From the human T2T-CHM13v2.0 reference genome, Homo sapiens, in NCBI RefSeq assembly GCF_009914755.1, contig NC_060936.1: 64,000 nt of DNA; one strand, written 5' to 3'. The notes beneath the pieces are model-generated. The model was not told the origin of the DNA. It saw only the letters and a list, made by a program, of their open reading frames with translations, and did no database searches. Within the stretch, counting starts at the first letter, position 1. Each line of letters begins with the position of its first letter. The position numbers and the translations under genes are program-made. Below, in pieces: positions 53,131-64,000 of the stretch.

Positions 53131-54306
53131 TTGGTGTTCAGAAATCTGAACTTGTCTCGGATATTAGATCTTTCAAATAAAAGGAAAATATTATAAGTTA
53201 GCTATTACAGGCAGGCTACTGGAGTCATAAGCAGCTGGACCTGGTATTGTAGCTGCCTGCACTTAGGGGTAACATTCTTCCTTCCAATATTAGTAATTTA
53301 AACAGATGGATCTGTAATGTGACCTGATTGAGTGATGGAAAAATTGAACTTGGTTTTTGACATGGCATTTGTAAAATGCATACTCTTCTGTAAAGGCTCT
53401 TCATGGAGATATTCTGCAATTATTGTGACTTTAAAAATCTAATCCATTACTCAATTCTGAGTAATTTTTACTTAAGCCATAAAGGTTTAGATTATCATGC
53501 AATGTAACAAAGTTGTCTTTATATAAGGTCCTACAAAACCTTAACACACACCTGAAGTCAATCAGGAGATGATTTAACAAGTTTCTACAATTTTGAGACA
53601 ATGGTTTAGTTAATATCTTACTAGCAAAAATTGATTCTTGGAATTGGTTTAATTTTATTTTAGTAATTTTTATAATTTAATTTACTCTGTGGCCTTGGAT
53701 AAAGGCACATAGTTTTTACACATTTATAAGCTACAAAAGCAGTATATTTTAAGAAAATATTTGCTTCGACTTCTGAAATACTGGAGTTTGAAAATGTTAT
53801 GGTGTTATCACTTATTTTACTTACGTATGTATATGTATGTAAGTATGTAAATTGTTCTTTTTACAGAAAATAAATGGTAAATTCATTGAGCTTATTTTGG
53901 AAAAAGATACTGTAGATGTTTTCTCTTGATGCTAGCAAAATTACTTAGTTTTGTTTCAGAGATTAAAAAAACCACTAAATGTAAATTCACATTTATTGTG
54001 ATTTCCTAAAAGTCATGTGGTTTCATAAAAATAATTTTAAATATTTAGGAATCATAACAAGTTCTTGGCACTAGTTTTTTTCTCGTGATTTAAAGCATAT
54101 TTTGAATACAGTATATCTAATGTTTTTAATATGATGATTGCTTTCCTAGCAATCACACAGTTGGATATTATGTATCTAGTAAGCAAACCTTAACATCACC
54201 GATAGGACCCTGTGAAAGTCTTTTGACTTGAATACATTGTAAGATAGTTTCTATAAAAGAATATAGTCTAGGAATCTATATGTGTATGTGTATACATTTA
54301 TATATG

Positions 54307-54485
54307 TTGTCAATTTCTGCTGGTTCCATTTTCATTTTATTCTTTTTGATCACTTAAAGTAACAATCTAGTAAATCATCATATATAGGCAATGTTAGAAG
54401 TCAAGTATTTATACATACTAAAATTTTGTAAGCCTGAAATTTTTTGCATAACAGATGGGAGAAGAAGAGTAATTTCACTGGAATA
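54307..54485 (+). repeat. Direct repeat copy 1 of ~180 bp (partner 55318-55498)
   Basis: 'ctgctggttccattttcattttattcttt...gtaagcctgaaattttttgcataacagatgggagaag...taatttcactggaata' in both copies. Confidence 0.95.
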
Positions 54486-54661
54486 ATATACTTATATATG
54501 CATATACACAGTTTAAACCTTTTCTTTCTGACATCACTGATACAGGATATTCTCTCACTCACATGAAAACTCAAACCCAAATGACAAATCTGTGGAAATT
54601 TAGCAAAAAAAAATATTGAGGTAGTAGTCTGGGTTCTCATTCTATGAAGATTTTGCCATAA

Positions 54662-54740
54662 TTTATTTTTATTTTAATTTTTTTTTGAGTATGTAGTAGA
54701 CGTATATATTTATGAGGTACATGAGATCTTTTGATATAGA
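54662..54740 (-). mobile_element. Tiny L1MA/L1PB 3' stub
   Basis: T-tail plus 'gtagtagacgtatatatttatgaggtacatgagatcttttgatatag'; degenerate TSD ttgccataattt/ttggcatcattt. Confidence 0.7.
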
Positions 54741-55317
54741 GTTGGCATCATTTTTTACCTAGTTTGATCATTTAGTCTACTATTGGTACTTGTGTGTGCT
54801 TCTTAGTATATGTTTGAATTATAGAGTCTTTTTCTTTAACCTTTAAAATTCTTAGAATCCTTCTGTTCTCCAGAGGTGAAAACTGTAGTCCAGATAGTTA
54901 AACTGAGACTTGCTCAAGGGCTACATATGTAGCCAAGATAAATCTCTGATCTAAAATTCTGCTTCAAATCATGTGTCTTGTCATGTTGAGTTGAAGCAGG
55001 CCCTGAAGTGTTGGAAGAGTGTAGTGAAGGCCTTGATCAAGAGGAAGTTTATCTGCGAGAAGAAAGCAGGAGTTTTATTGCATGCCACTAGGGAGAAAGC
55101 AAAATAAAATGCAGTGTGACTTGAAGTTTGGAGGAAAAAAAAGTGAATGAAATATGGATAACTTTAAAAGAACATCATATAAGGCTGCTAGCTACATCAA
55201 TCCTTAGTGTTTACTTGAGCAAGCTGGTGACATTTAGAGAGAAGTGAAAGTTCCAGCCCTTTTCAGTAGGTGGTCAGTTTGACATTTCTGTATAATGTCT
55301 CTCTGGGCTAATAAAAC

Positions 55318-55498
55318 TTGTCAGTTCCTGCTGGTTCCATTTTCATTTTATTCTTTCTTTTCATTTAAAGTAACAATCTAGTAAATCATGGTATATAGGC
55401 AAATGTTAGAAGTCAAGTATTTATATATACTAAAATTTTGTAAGCCTGAAATTTTTTGCATAACAGATGGGAGAAGTATGAGTAATTTCACTGGAATA
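55318..55498 (+). repeat. Direct repeat copy 2 of ~180 bp
   Basis: Matches 54307-54485 with few mismatches. Confidence 0.95.
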
Positions 55499-56479
55499 TT
55501 GTACCCTCATTAAAAAAATGTTCATTTAGCAACGTTTAAATATTCAGTTTATGTCCAATAAAACAAACCATATTTTAAAATAAGCCCCACAATTATTATC
55601 AAAACAGATTAATGTGACTTGGCAACCATCAAATTACATGGACATCTGTTACTGGGAAAATAAATTAAACCAAAATAAATGGAACCATAGTGAATGTTGC
55701 TATAATTTGGTAATTAATTGATATTTTAAACTGCAAATTTATACTACCTAACATCAGCTAGACCTTTTTAATGATGTCCTATTTACAGCATGTCATATCA
55801 CATGCAGATCTGTTTTAAAGATTCTATGTATGTTTCAAATGCCAAAGAATAGAACCACTACTCTACCCAGCACTAGCTTTCTAGTCTCTTATATTTGAGT
55901 GAATGTTGTTACAATCCAGCTGGTTTCCTAATTTTTAGAATTTTCTCCTCTGAATTTCAATTCCCTTTGATTCCTTCTCGCCTTTGAGGAAGTATTTCTA
56001 CTTTCTCATATATGATTCAGCATACATATCTTTGCTCTTAATTTCATTGGCCCTTTTAGGATATTTTTATAATAAGTGTCTTCTTTTTCAAAAGTCTAAT
56101 TGGAATAGGCCTCAACACTGCCATGGTCCTGGGGCATGAGGACTCTGGAACTGGCTCTGTTTATTTCCATCCAAGTCCAGTGGCCTATGGTAAGAACTTT
56201 CCCCTTCCCTCCACTTTCAAATGTCCCCTCTGGTTATCCAGGACCTTATCCTATTTGGAGAGTATGTAAATATCATAGAGTACTAAGGAAGACATTATCC
56301 AGTTGGGGTTTATGAAGGGAATTTATCCTGCTGAAAATTGGCAAGCATTATGCAAGCATCTGCAGAGGTACCTTCACCTTCGCAGTGCGCAATACAGACT
56401 GCTTCAGTAGCTCCTCAGCACAGGCAGTGCCTCCCTCATCCTGCTACTAGTGTAGACAGTACTTGTTCTTGAAAGAAGT

Positions 56480-56848
56480 CACATGTTCTCACTCATAGGT
56501 GGGAATTGAACAATGAGAACACTTGGACACAGGAAGGGGGACATCACACACCGGGGCCTGTTGGGGGGTGGGGGGAGGGGGGAGGGATAGCATGAGGAGA
56601 TATACCTAATGTAAATGATGAGTTAATGGGTGCAGCACACCAACATGGCACATGTGTACATATGTAACAAACCTGCACGTTGTGCACATGTACCCTAGAA
56701 CTTAAAGTATATTAAAAAAAAAAATAATTATGGGAGTGGGAGGTGTCTACTTTGGCCAGATTATTGGGTAATGCCTCACTTCTCTCATTTGTTAAATACA
56801 AGCAATAAAAGTACCTTCTCATGGGGAAAAAGAAAAAAAAAAGAAAAA
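56480..56848 (+). mobile_element. L1PA (about PA4-PA6) 3'UTR stub with a ~100-bp 3' transduction
   Basis: L1 3'UTR and A-tail to ~56723; extra segment 56724-56826 with AATAAA at 56804-56809; second A-tail; TSD gaaagaagt/gaaagaaat. Confidence 0.88.
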
Positions 56849-57772
56849 GAAAGAAATAAGTGGTGTATTCTTATTGATATTTCCTTTACTATCAAGAATG
56901 GTCCACTTAGGTTGGGGGGTCTCTTCTTTCTCTGATTTTAAATATTGTTCTTTGTCTATCTCATAAAACTAGGTTTATGAATAAATCCAATGTTTTCTTT
57001 CTTTAAGGTTTTGCTTGTTGATCCTTGATCTTCCTCCTGTTTTTTTCTTCTTGACTAGTTCTATCCATACAAATCAAAAGCTTTGGCTGGCTAGCAATGA
57101 AATTGGCTTAAGAAACCTATTTGGAAGGCAAAATTGTTTATTAAGTCTTTCCTTTGCTTTTCATTTCAGCTCTAGCAATCTTAACCCCCTCCAAGGTAAT
57201 GGTACTTACAAGGGAATGGGGGGAAGTTTATGCCCATGTATTTGTGCACAAGAAAAGCATACTAATTTATTTAAAAATGTTATGTATCTAAAATTGCACT
57301 TCTGCTGCTCCTATTCATTGAATTCATCTTTTCATGCTCTAAGCATTCCTCTTAAATGCCCCAAAAATGACAATGACAACAACAAAGAGAAGTCTTTCAA
57401 CTTTTTAACCAATAAAGACATTAACCTATTCATTTCCTTTCCTACATTCCAAACATTTGAAAATAGAAGTCTACTTATTGGCTACAGTCTTCAGTCCTCT
57501 TATGTTCTTCTGCATGGCACTAGAAGACTTTTTTTAATCTTGCCACAGATATTTTAAACCATCGCAGACATAATATGCATAACAATTCTCTGAAATTTTT
57601 AACCACCATTTTTGCTAAGAAACATCCACATTCAAATTCGTCCATACTGAAATGTTCCCTGCTATGCGAAGTGTTTCTCCTTCTAGTCAAGGTTAATTTT
57701 GACACTTATTCTAAGACTCCCATGACCAATATTCTCTCCTTTCCATCTCCTGGATATTCCGACATCAACTGA

Positions 57773-58138
<366 letters not shown>

Positions 58139-58189
58139 TGAAAGTCTTTATAAAAGAACGATTTCACTTACAGTGATTTTCTTTTTAAA

Positions 58190-58440
58190 TTTCATTCATT
58201 CTTTCAGTAGATGTTTATTGTCTACTGTGTGCCAAATACTGTTTTAAACACTAGGGATAAATAGTGAACAGATTCACATCATCAAGGAGCTGTTATCCTT
58301 GTAAGAGCAGATGACAATAAACAAGTAAAACATAGTCTGTCAAATGCAGCATGGAGAAAAACGAAAGCAGGGAAAGGGCTTAAGTTCTGTTTAGGGGCCC
58401 TTTTAAATGGAAAAGTCAGAAGAGGCCTCCCTGAGAAGCC
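58190..58440 (-). mobile_element. L2 3' end
   Basis: 'ttcattcattctttcagtagatgtttattgtctactgtgtgccaaatactgttttaaacactagggata'. Confidence 0.8.
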
Positions 58441-61400
58441 TCTTGTATGACATGATTGAGTCGATTCTATCATGAGTTCAAGTCAATGCAACCTATAGCT
58501 CTACAGAGAACACTTTTCACCCAAGACACTAACAACTCTTTCTACCTGATAATTTCTTTCTTATTTGATTGCTCTAAAACATTTGAGACTCTAACCACTC
58601 AGGCTGTCACACTCTAATTTCCCTTGGATTACATTACTTCTATCTTGTAACTTGGTCCTCCTTGATATTTGCCTCTCTGGTCACCATTTCTGTCTGTTGT
58701 TGTGTTTAACCTAATTAGTAGTGTTCCTTAAGTTTCTCCTTTCACGTCTTGTCTTGCTCTTTTCAATCTGTGTAAATAAGAATCTGCATTCACTTTTAAT
58801 GAACATATCCTTAGTTGGTCACTCCCAAATATAAATAGAAAATAATACCTTATACTTAATAACTATATATTACTTTATCTTCCTTTAGTACCATTACAAC
58901 AGTAGCCTTAGTAGTATCTAGTACTTTATACTTTAGTAGTACTCCTAAAGTAGCTAAAAATGTTGATTAAGAAGAAATTTTAAAGAAATCACACACAGAA
59001 CACACACATTACCAATTTTTTTTTCTCCTTTGTTGGAGCCAATTTTCTAAATAAGGTACTCAGTGTTTGTACTTAGCAAAATAATTTGCTAATGAAGGTG
59101 CTCAGCAACACAATACTTTAATTTTGCATTTTTGTTCTTATATTTCTAGTTTGAAAGGTCACATGTTAACTCTGAATTTCAGTCCAATTTATCATAGTAT
59201 GCTGTATAAAATGTTTTTTGAGCTGTTCTTGAGCACAGCATGAAAGTTTATTTTTACTTTTGCTTGCTATGAATGAGATAGACCTTTCTAAATTACTAAA
59301 GTACAAGTGATTTCTCCAAGGTACCATTTTACGATGTCACTTGAGTTTTGGCTTCTTTTTTTTTAACCTTCTTTTTTCACCTAATGTTAAATATCTTGTT
59401 AAATTCTAGGAATTTTCTTACATGTGGAATTGCCTTAAGGTATCTCATTAGCACCTTTGATTCAGGCAATGAAATATGAAAATAATGAACTTCTTGTCTT
59501 TACTCACGTAGGACAAATAAATTTTACCCTTGCTACTAATGGATAATTAAGTCCTTTTAAGGAATGAGTAAGGTTTCCATAATGTAATCCAGGGCCTAAA
59601 TTATTTTAGCATTATCAAAATTGTTACAGTAATCCTTTCATTAGGTGAAAATACTAAAATTAATAAAGATAAACACCTATCAACAGATACACTTTAATCT
59701 TAATGAATATGCAGCCCTCAATATTTGGACATGTAAGAACATAGAAATGGAAGATGAGAAAATGTTTTAATGCTTGACTTTGAAAAGTCCACCAACTTGC
59801 CCAAAGTTACATATTCAAATTTCTTCATTTACTTCCCTCAAAATAATAATTTGGCAGCTACTTGGAGAAGAAATAAGCAATTTGAAGTAGATAAAGTATT
59901 GTAAAACACCTAATTTTTAGAATCAATTTGTCCAATTTCCTATAGGGTAAAGGAAAGTTACTCAAAGTTCTACCTATAGATGTGTAAGGGGTTTATTAAT
60001 GTAAAGAGTTTTACACAAAAAGACAACACTTTTCTCAATAGAATTATATGTTGCAATATACGTTATATGTCCTTCAAAATAGGAGGGGTGGTAAGAATTA
60101 AAATGAATTTGTTTCTCAATATTCTAAATTGCTAGCAATAATAGTTTTAAAGACTATAGTTTTTCTTTTTAACTTGTTTTTTTTCATGTATTATTCCTAG
60201 AAGGAACGAACTAAACTGTAAATATCAATAAAATTATAAAACTATTTGATTTAGGGAAAAGTGGGGAGGTAAAGTCAAAACAAATAAACACAACCTCCAC
60301 CCCCAAATTTTTTGGTACTATTAGAAAAGACAGCATCCATTTTAAAAATAACAAACACAAAGACATTTGGCAAGACTTGAATGGCAGGAACTTTAAGACA
60401 GAGCTAGTAAATTGAGAGTTTAAATGTTCAAAAGTGTATGTTTTAAATCACAGTAATTTTGAAATAAAAAAATGTAAAAACCTCTTTTGAAACAAACCAA
60501 AAAAGGATTTTAGAAGTAAAGTTAGGGTATTTTTTCATAGCCTAGAAATGAGCTACTTAAGCTGATGGAGAAATCAGAATTTCAAATCTCAGAAACAATA
60601 GGAGATAATGTATTGTGATTCCCAGAGACTTAAATGAGGAAGCTATTGATACCAGCAGATGCTCAAAAATTAAGTGACATTATTTGGTGCTTGGCTACCT
60701 CAGTATCTGCAGATCATAGATCCTTGCATATCTATGGTATGATATCCCAGGAGAAAGTTTCTACAAGATCACATCCTTTGTTAAAACACAGGCTCCTATT
60801 TCTGTAGCAGCAATGTACAAATAAAAATTTTTCAGGAAGGACTGTTCCTTGGGGGAGAAAATAGTCCTCATAGGGCCAATGTTGGCATAAATACATGCAT
60901 TCTCAATGAATTTGAGTTAGAAGGTCTCAATATATAATCTACATTTTGTTCAATTAAAATTCATTTACCAATTGACAAGTGAACTTGTTATGTTTAAGAT
61001 GAGTTAGTAGACCTTAAGTGATAGAGTGTTGAGTAGGCCATAAGAAGTTGTTAATATAAGAGATTAGACAGGAATAATATGTCTATAAATATAGCAAAAA
61101 ATTACAGTGATTTTGTTCGACAATTTTTACTGTTGCCTGAAACAATGTCTATCACTTAGTAGGTACACAATATATATTTGTTGTATGAATGGGTATGATA
61201 AATATTATGAGTGTAAAAGTGTTCCAGATGTTCAAAAGGTAGGTAATAGCAGATGATATTTATAAGAATGATTTATGAGTCACATTGGTGGCTGTTGTTT
61301 AGTGCAGTGTTCAGTGATGCTAGCCTTAAAACTTGTAATTAATATGAAGTAGGATGTGAAGTTTTACATGTCTTCACTTTATTCATTTGTTCATTCATCA

Positions 61401-62289
61401 TTTAGTATTTTACTGAACTTCTTCCACATGACAGGATCACAGCACCAAAAAAATAAGATCTGCCATTTACAAGGTCACCATGGATTGGGTGAGATAGAGA
61501 AATAAATAAGCAATTAAAATAGATAATAATAAATGCTACCATAGGTTGTATGAATGTTGTTTTTATGTGTATGCATGTGCACATCCAATGTATCAGGGTC
61601 TGATGCATCTGATTTTGTCTCCCAACTTCTGAGCTGAGTTAAGATAAATAGGAATTACTTTGCTAAATTTATCTCAGAGTAATATTCATACTAAATTCAA
61701 TTCAAATTTTCCTCTTATCCTCTCAAACCACGTCCTCAGCATAACCATTATAAATCTTGTTTTGAATGTATACAACTGTCCACAACAATCATACTTCACA
61801 TTTTAACTTCCAATTGGACATACCATAATTGATATTACATTTCATCATTTCTAACCTCTTTGATTGCATTTATAATTTTTTTACATTATTGTATGTTCAT
61901 CCTAAACAAATAGAAATGGAATTTGCCTTGCTAATTGATCCTATATATTTTAGTAAGTCACATTAAAAATGCATTCCTGCTTTGACACATGGTAGAAAAT
62001 TGACTCAGTTTTCATTTTGCTTGCCATTTCTTTTAGTTGTTTCCTTTTCACTTGTCAGGCTTACAACGTTATTTATTTGTTTGAGCTACCTGAATAGTAT
62101 GTGGTAGACTCCCACACTGACCCTGTAGATTTACCTTGTCTTTCATTTCCATCAAGCGGATTTCTATAATATTCAACTCCCTGTTCAGATGTTTGAAATA
62201 TTTGACAGTTCCTTAAAACTTAGGTAAAAGGGAATGCATTTTTAGTCTCAAGAATAATCTGAGAGGTTGGCTGCATAAACGTAACATGA

Positions 62290-62470
62290 TAGAGAGTTTA
62301 CGCCTCTGCCATTTACTCTCTGTGTGATTTAAGTCCATTGACCTCTGTGGGCCTCACTTTCCTCATTTGAGAGATGGGGATAATAAGAAAAATACATAAT
62401 AAGGTTGCTGTAAAACAAATTTATTAATATGTGTAAAATGCTTAGAATGGCATTTACTAATATTGGTCAC
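62290..62470 (+). mobile_element. MIR
   Basis: 'ctctgccatttactctctgtgtga...acctctgtgggcctcactttcctcatttgagagatggggataata'. Confidence 0.8.
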
Positions 62471-63439
62471 TTATCCACCTCTTCTGACAAAATTATCTAC
62501 CCTTTATTGAAATTATAGAGCTGCTACTGAAAAAAATGGCTAATATTCAGAAATGGATTTGCCATGAATATAATAAAACTTAATCTTTAGGATCCCTTGC
62601 TTATATAGGTCTCTTACAAGTTATGCATTTTTGGTCACATTTTAAGAAGTAGTATAAGAACTGCAATCATTTGAGACTGTTGCTTCCCTGTATGACTTGC
62701 CTTTCCATCATACTTCTCCTAGTAAAATTCCTGTGGATTGGCCACAGGCATTATTCGGATCCAGTGAAGGTAAAGTTGAGTTTGAGAGATATGTATTTTG
62801 GGTTTAGAAGAATGTAGTTAAATGGTTCATGGAAACTTTGGTGTACAGCTAAAGAATTGTGAGCTGTCCCAGTTATTAATAGCTTTCAGGAATACTTCTG
62901 CTTACTGTGCAAATCTACCAAGGCATTATGACAGGGCTAGAAATTGTACTGAAATGTGCATTTGTCCTATGGCTCTCAGCGCCAAAATATGTGTGTAGTA
63001 AAGGAAATACAAGTTTGAAGTGTGTGAGGCCAGAAACTAGTTTGTGGGAAATTCTTCTAATCATAAAACCTATAGAATCATATGGGGAAATTTTGTATCT
63101 TATCAATACCTTGTTAAAACTATGGATATTAACAAAATAGTTTTCATGAATTATCTTATTATTCTTTATAGTAACTATTAAAAGTAATTTATGTGAAAGG
63201 ACCATTAAAGTGTATGTAGCCAAACATGTAGAAACATGTTAGAGTATATCAGGCAATTAATCAACACACAATATATTTTCTAGATTTTGTTTGTGATATT
63301 TGTTGTTTGTGATTTTTCATGTTTAATACAAATAACAGAAATGTATATAATTCTGAATTTGTAATTTTTTATTCTTGTATTTTTCATCATACTCTCCCAA
63401 ATTATATAAATGGCCCCACCAAAACCTGATCCACCCATA

Positions 63440-63600
63440 CTAACATGTAACCAGTACTTTTACATGCTAGGTGTTTTTAAAGATCTTACAGGTAAATCTC
63501 ACATTTTACAAATGTGAATAACAAGTTTTACAAATGAGGAAACTCCATTCTCAGTCCTTTGTCACAACAGGTCAACACTGAATTATAACCCCCTGAATCT
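63440..63600 (-). mobile_element. MIR fragment
   Basis: 'ttttacaaatgaggaaact'. Confidence 0.5.
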
Positions 63601-63817
63601 CTTTCTTTCCTGCCACCCAGCCCTCAATGTAGCTTTTCTTCTCTTCTCTAGCATAACTGCAGATTTTAAAATCTCTATGATATTGTCTTTGTTTTCTCTT
63701 ACATTTTTTTTCCAGCCACCTGCTACTTTGAGAGATTATTTATAACTTAATCCCTTTTATTTAAATCTCTGATTCCTGTTTTAAGCACCACCCAAGCAGT
63801 CATTTACATCTCAGTTC

Positions 63818-63969
63818 CTTGGTTTTCAACCACACAATATGTTAAAATCACCTGGAGAGGTGATTAAAATGTTTTAATACCCTGGTGACACCGCACAGTG
63901 ACTAAGTAAGAATCTCTCACCAAAGCATTAGTAATTTGTAAGAGGGAAGCAAGTTTGAGAACCAATGGC
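63818..63969. mobile_element. MER5-type MITE
   Basis: 'tggttttcaacc...aaaatcacctggagag...gcaagtttgagaaccaatg'. Confidence 0.65.
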
Positions 63970-64000
63970 TTAGTTGATGAATTCATGTTGTTGATTTAGG

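Noticed and set aside
57015-57557. 180-aa ORF
   Set aside because: Non-ATG start, low-complexity F/L/S/N-rich composition typical of AT-rich chance ORFs, no recognisable domain or exon structure.

Overview
AT-rich primate (human-like) intergenic or deep-intronic DNA made largely of interspersed repeats. I found no convincing host protein-coding exon, RNA gene or CpG island; the longer ORFs are transposon remnants or chance ORFs. Main elements: a near full-length Tigger1 (21.4-23.9 kb); a complete THE1A MaLR provirus (26.2-28.5 kb); an LTR-less, decayed HERV-L/ERVL internal region (gag-pro-pol-dUTPase, 30.3-37.4 kb) holding nested L1PA, Alu and ERV1-LTR insertions; solo LTRs (THE1B, MLT2A2, LTR1-group, MER68-like, MLT1); several L1, Alu, L2 and MIR copies; and MITEs (MER2, MER8, MER47, MER45, MER5, MADE2). 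The most interesting signals are rearrangement fossils visible directly in the sequence: a ~435-bp piece of neighbouring host DNA copied into the end of Tigger1, an L1 3' transduction with its own AATAAA and second A-tail, an L1MA carrying inverted self-copies, and a ~180-bp templated insertion in a microsatellite. I cannot support a wholly new biological system here. Repeat family names come from recalled consensus sequences and need RepeatMasker/Dfam confirmation.
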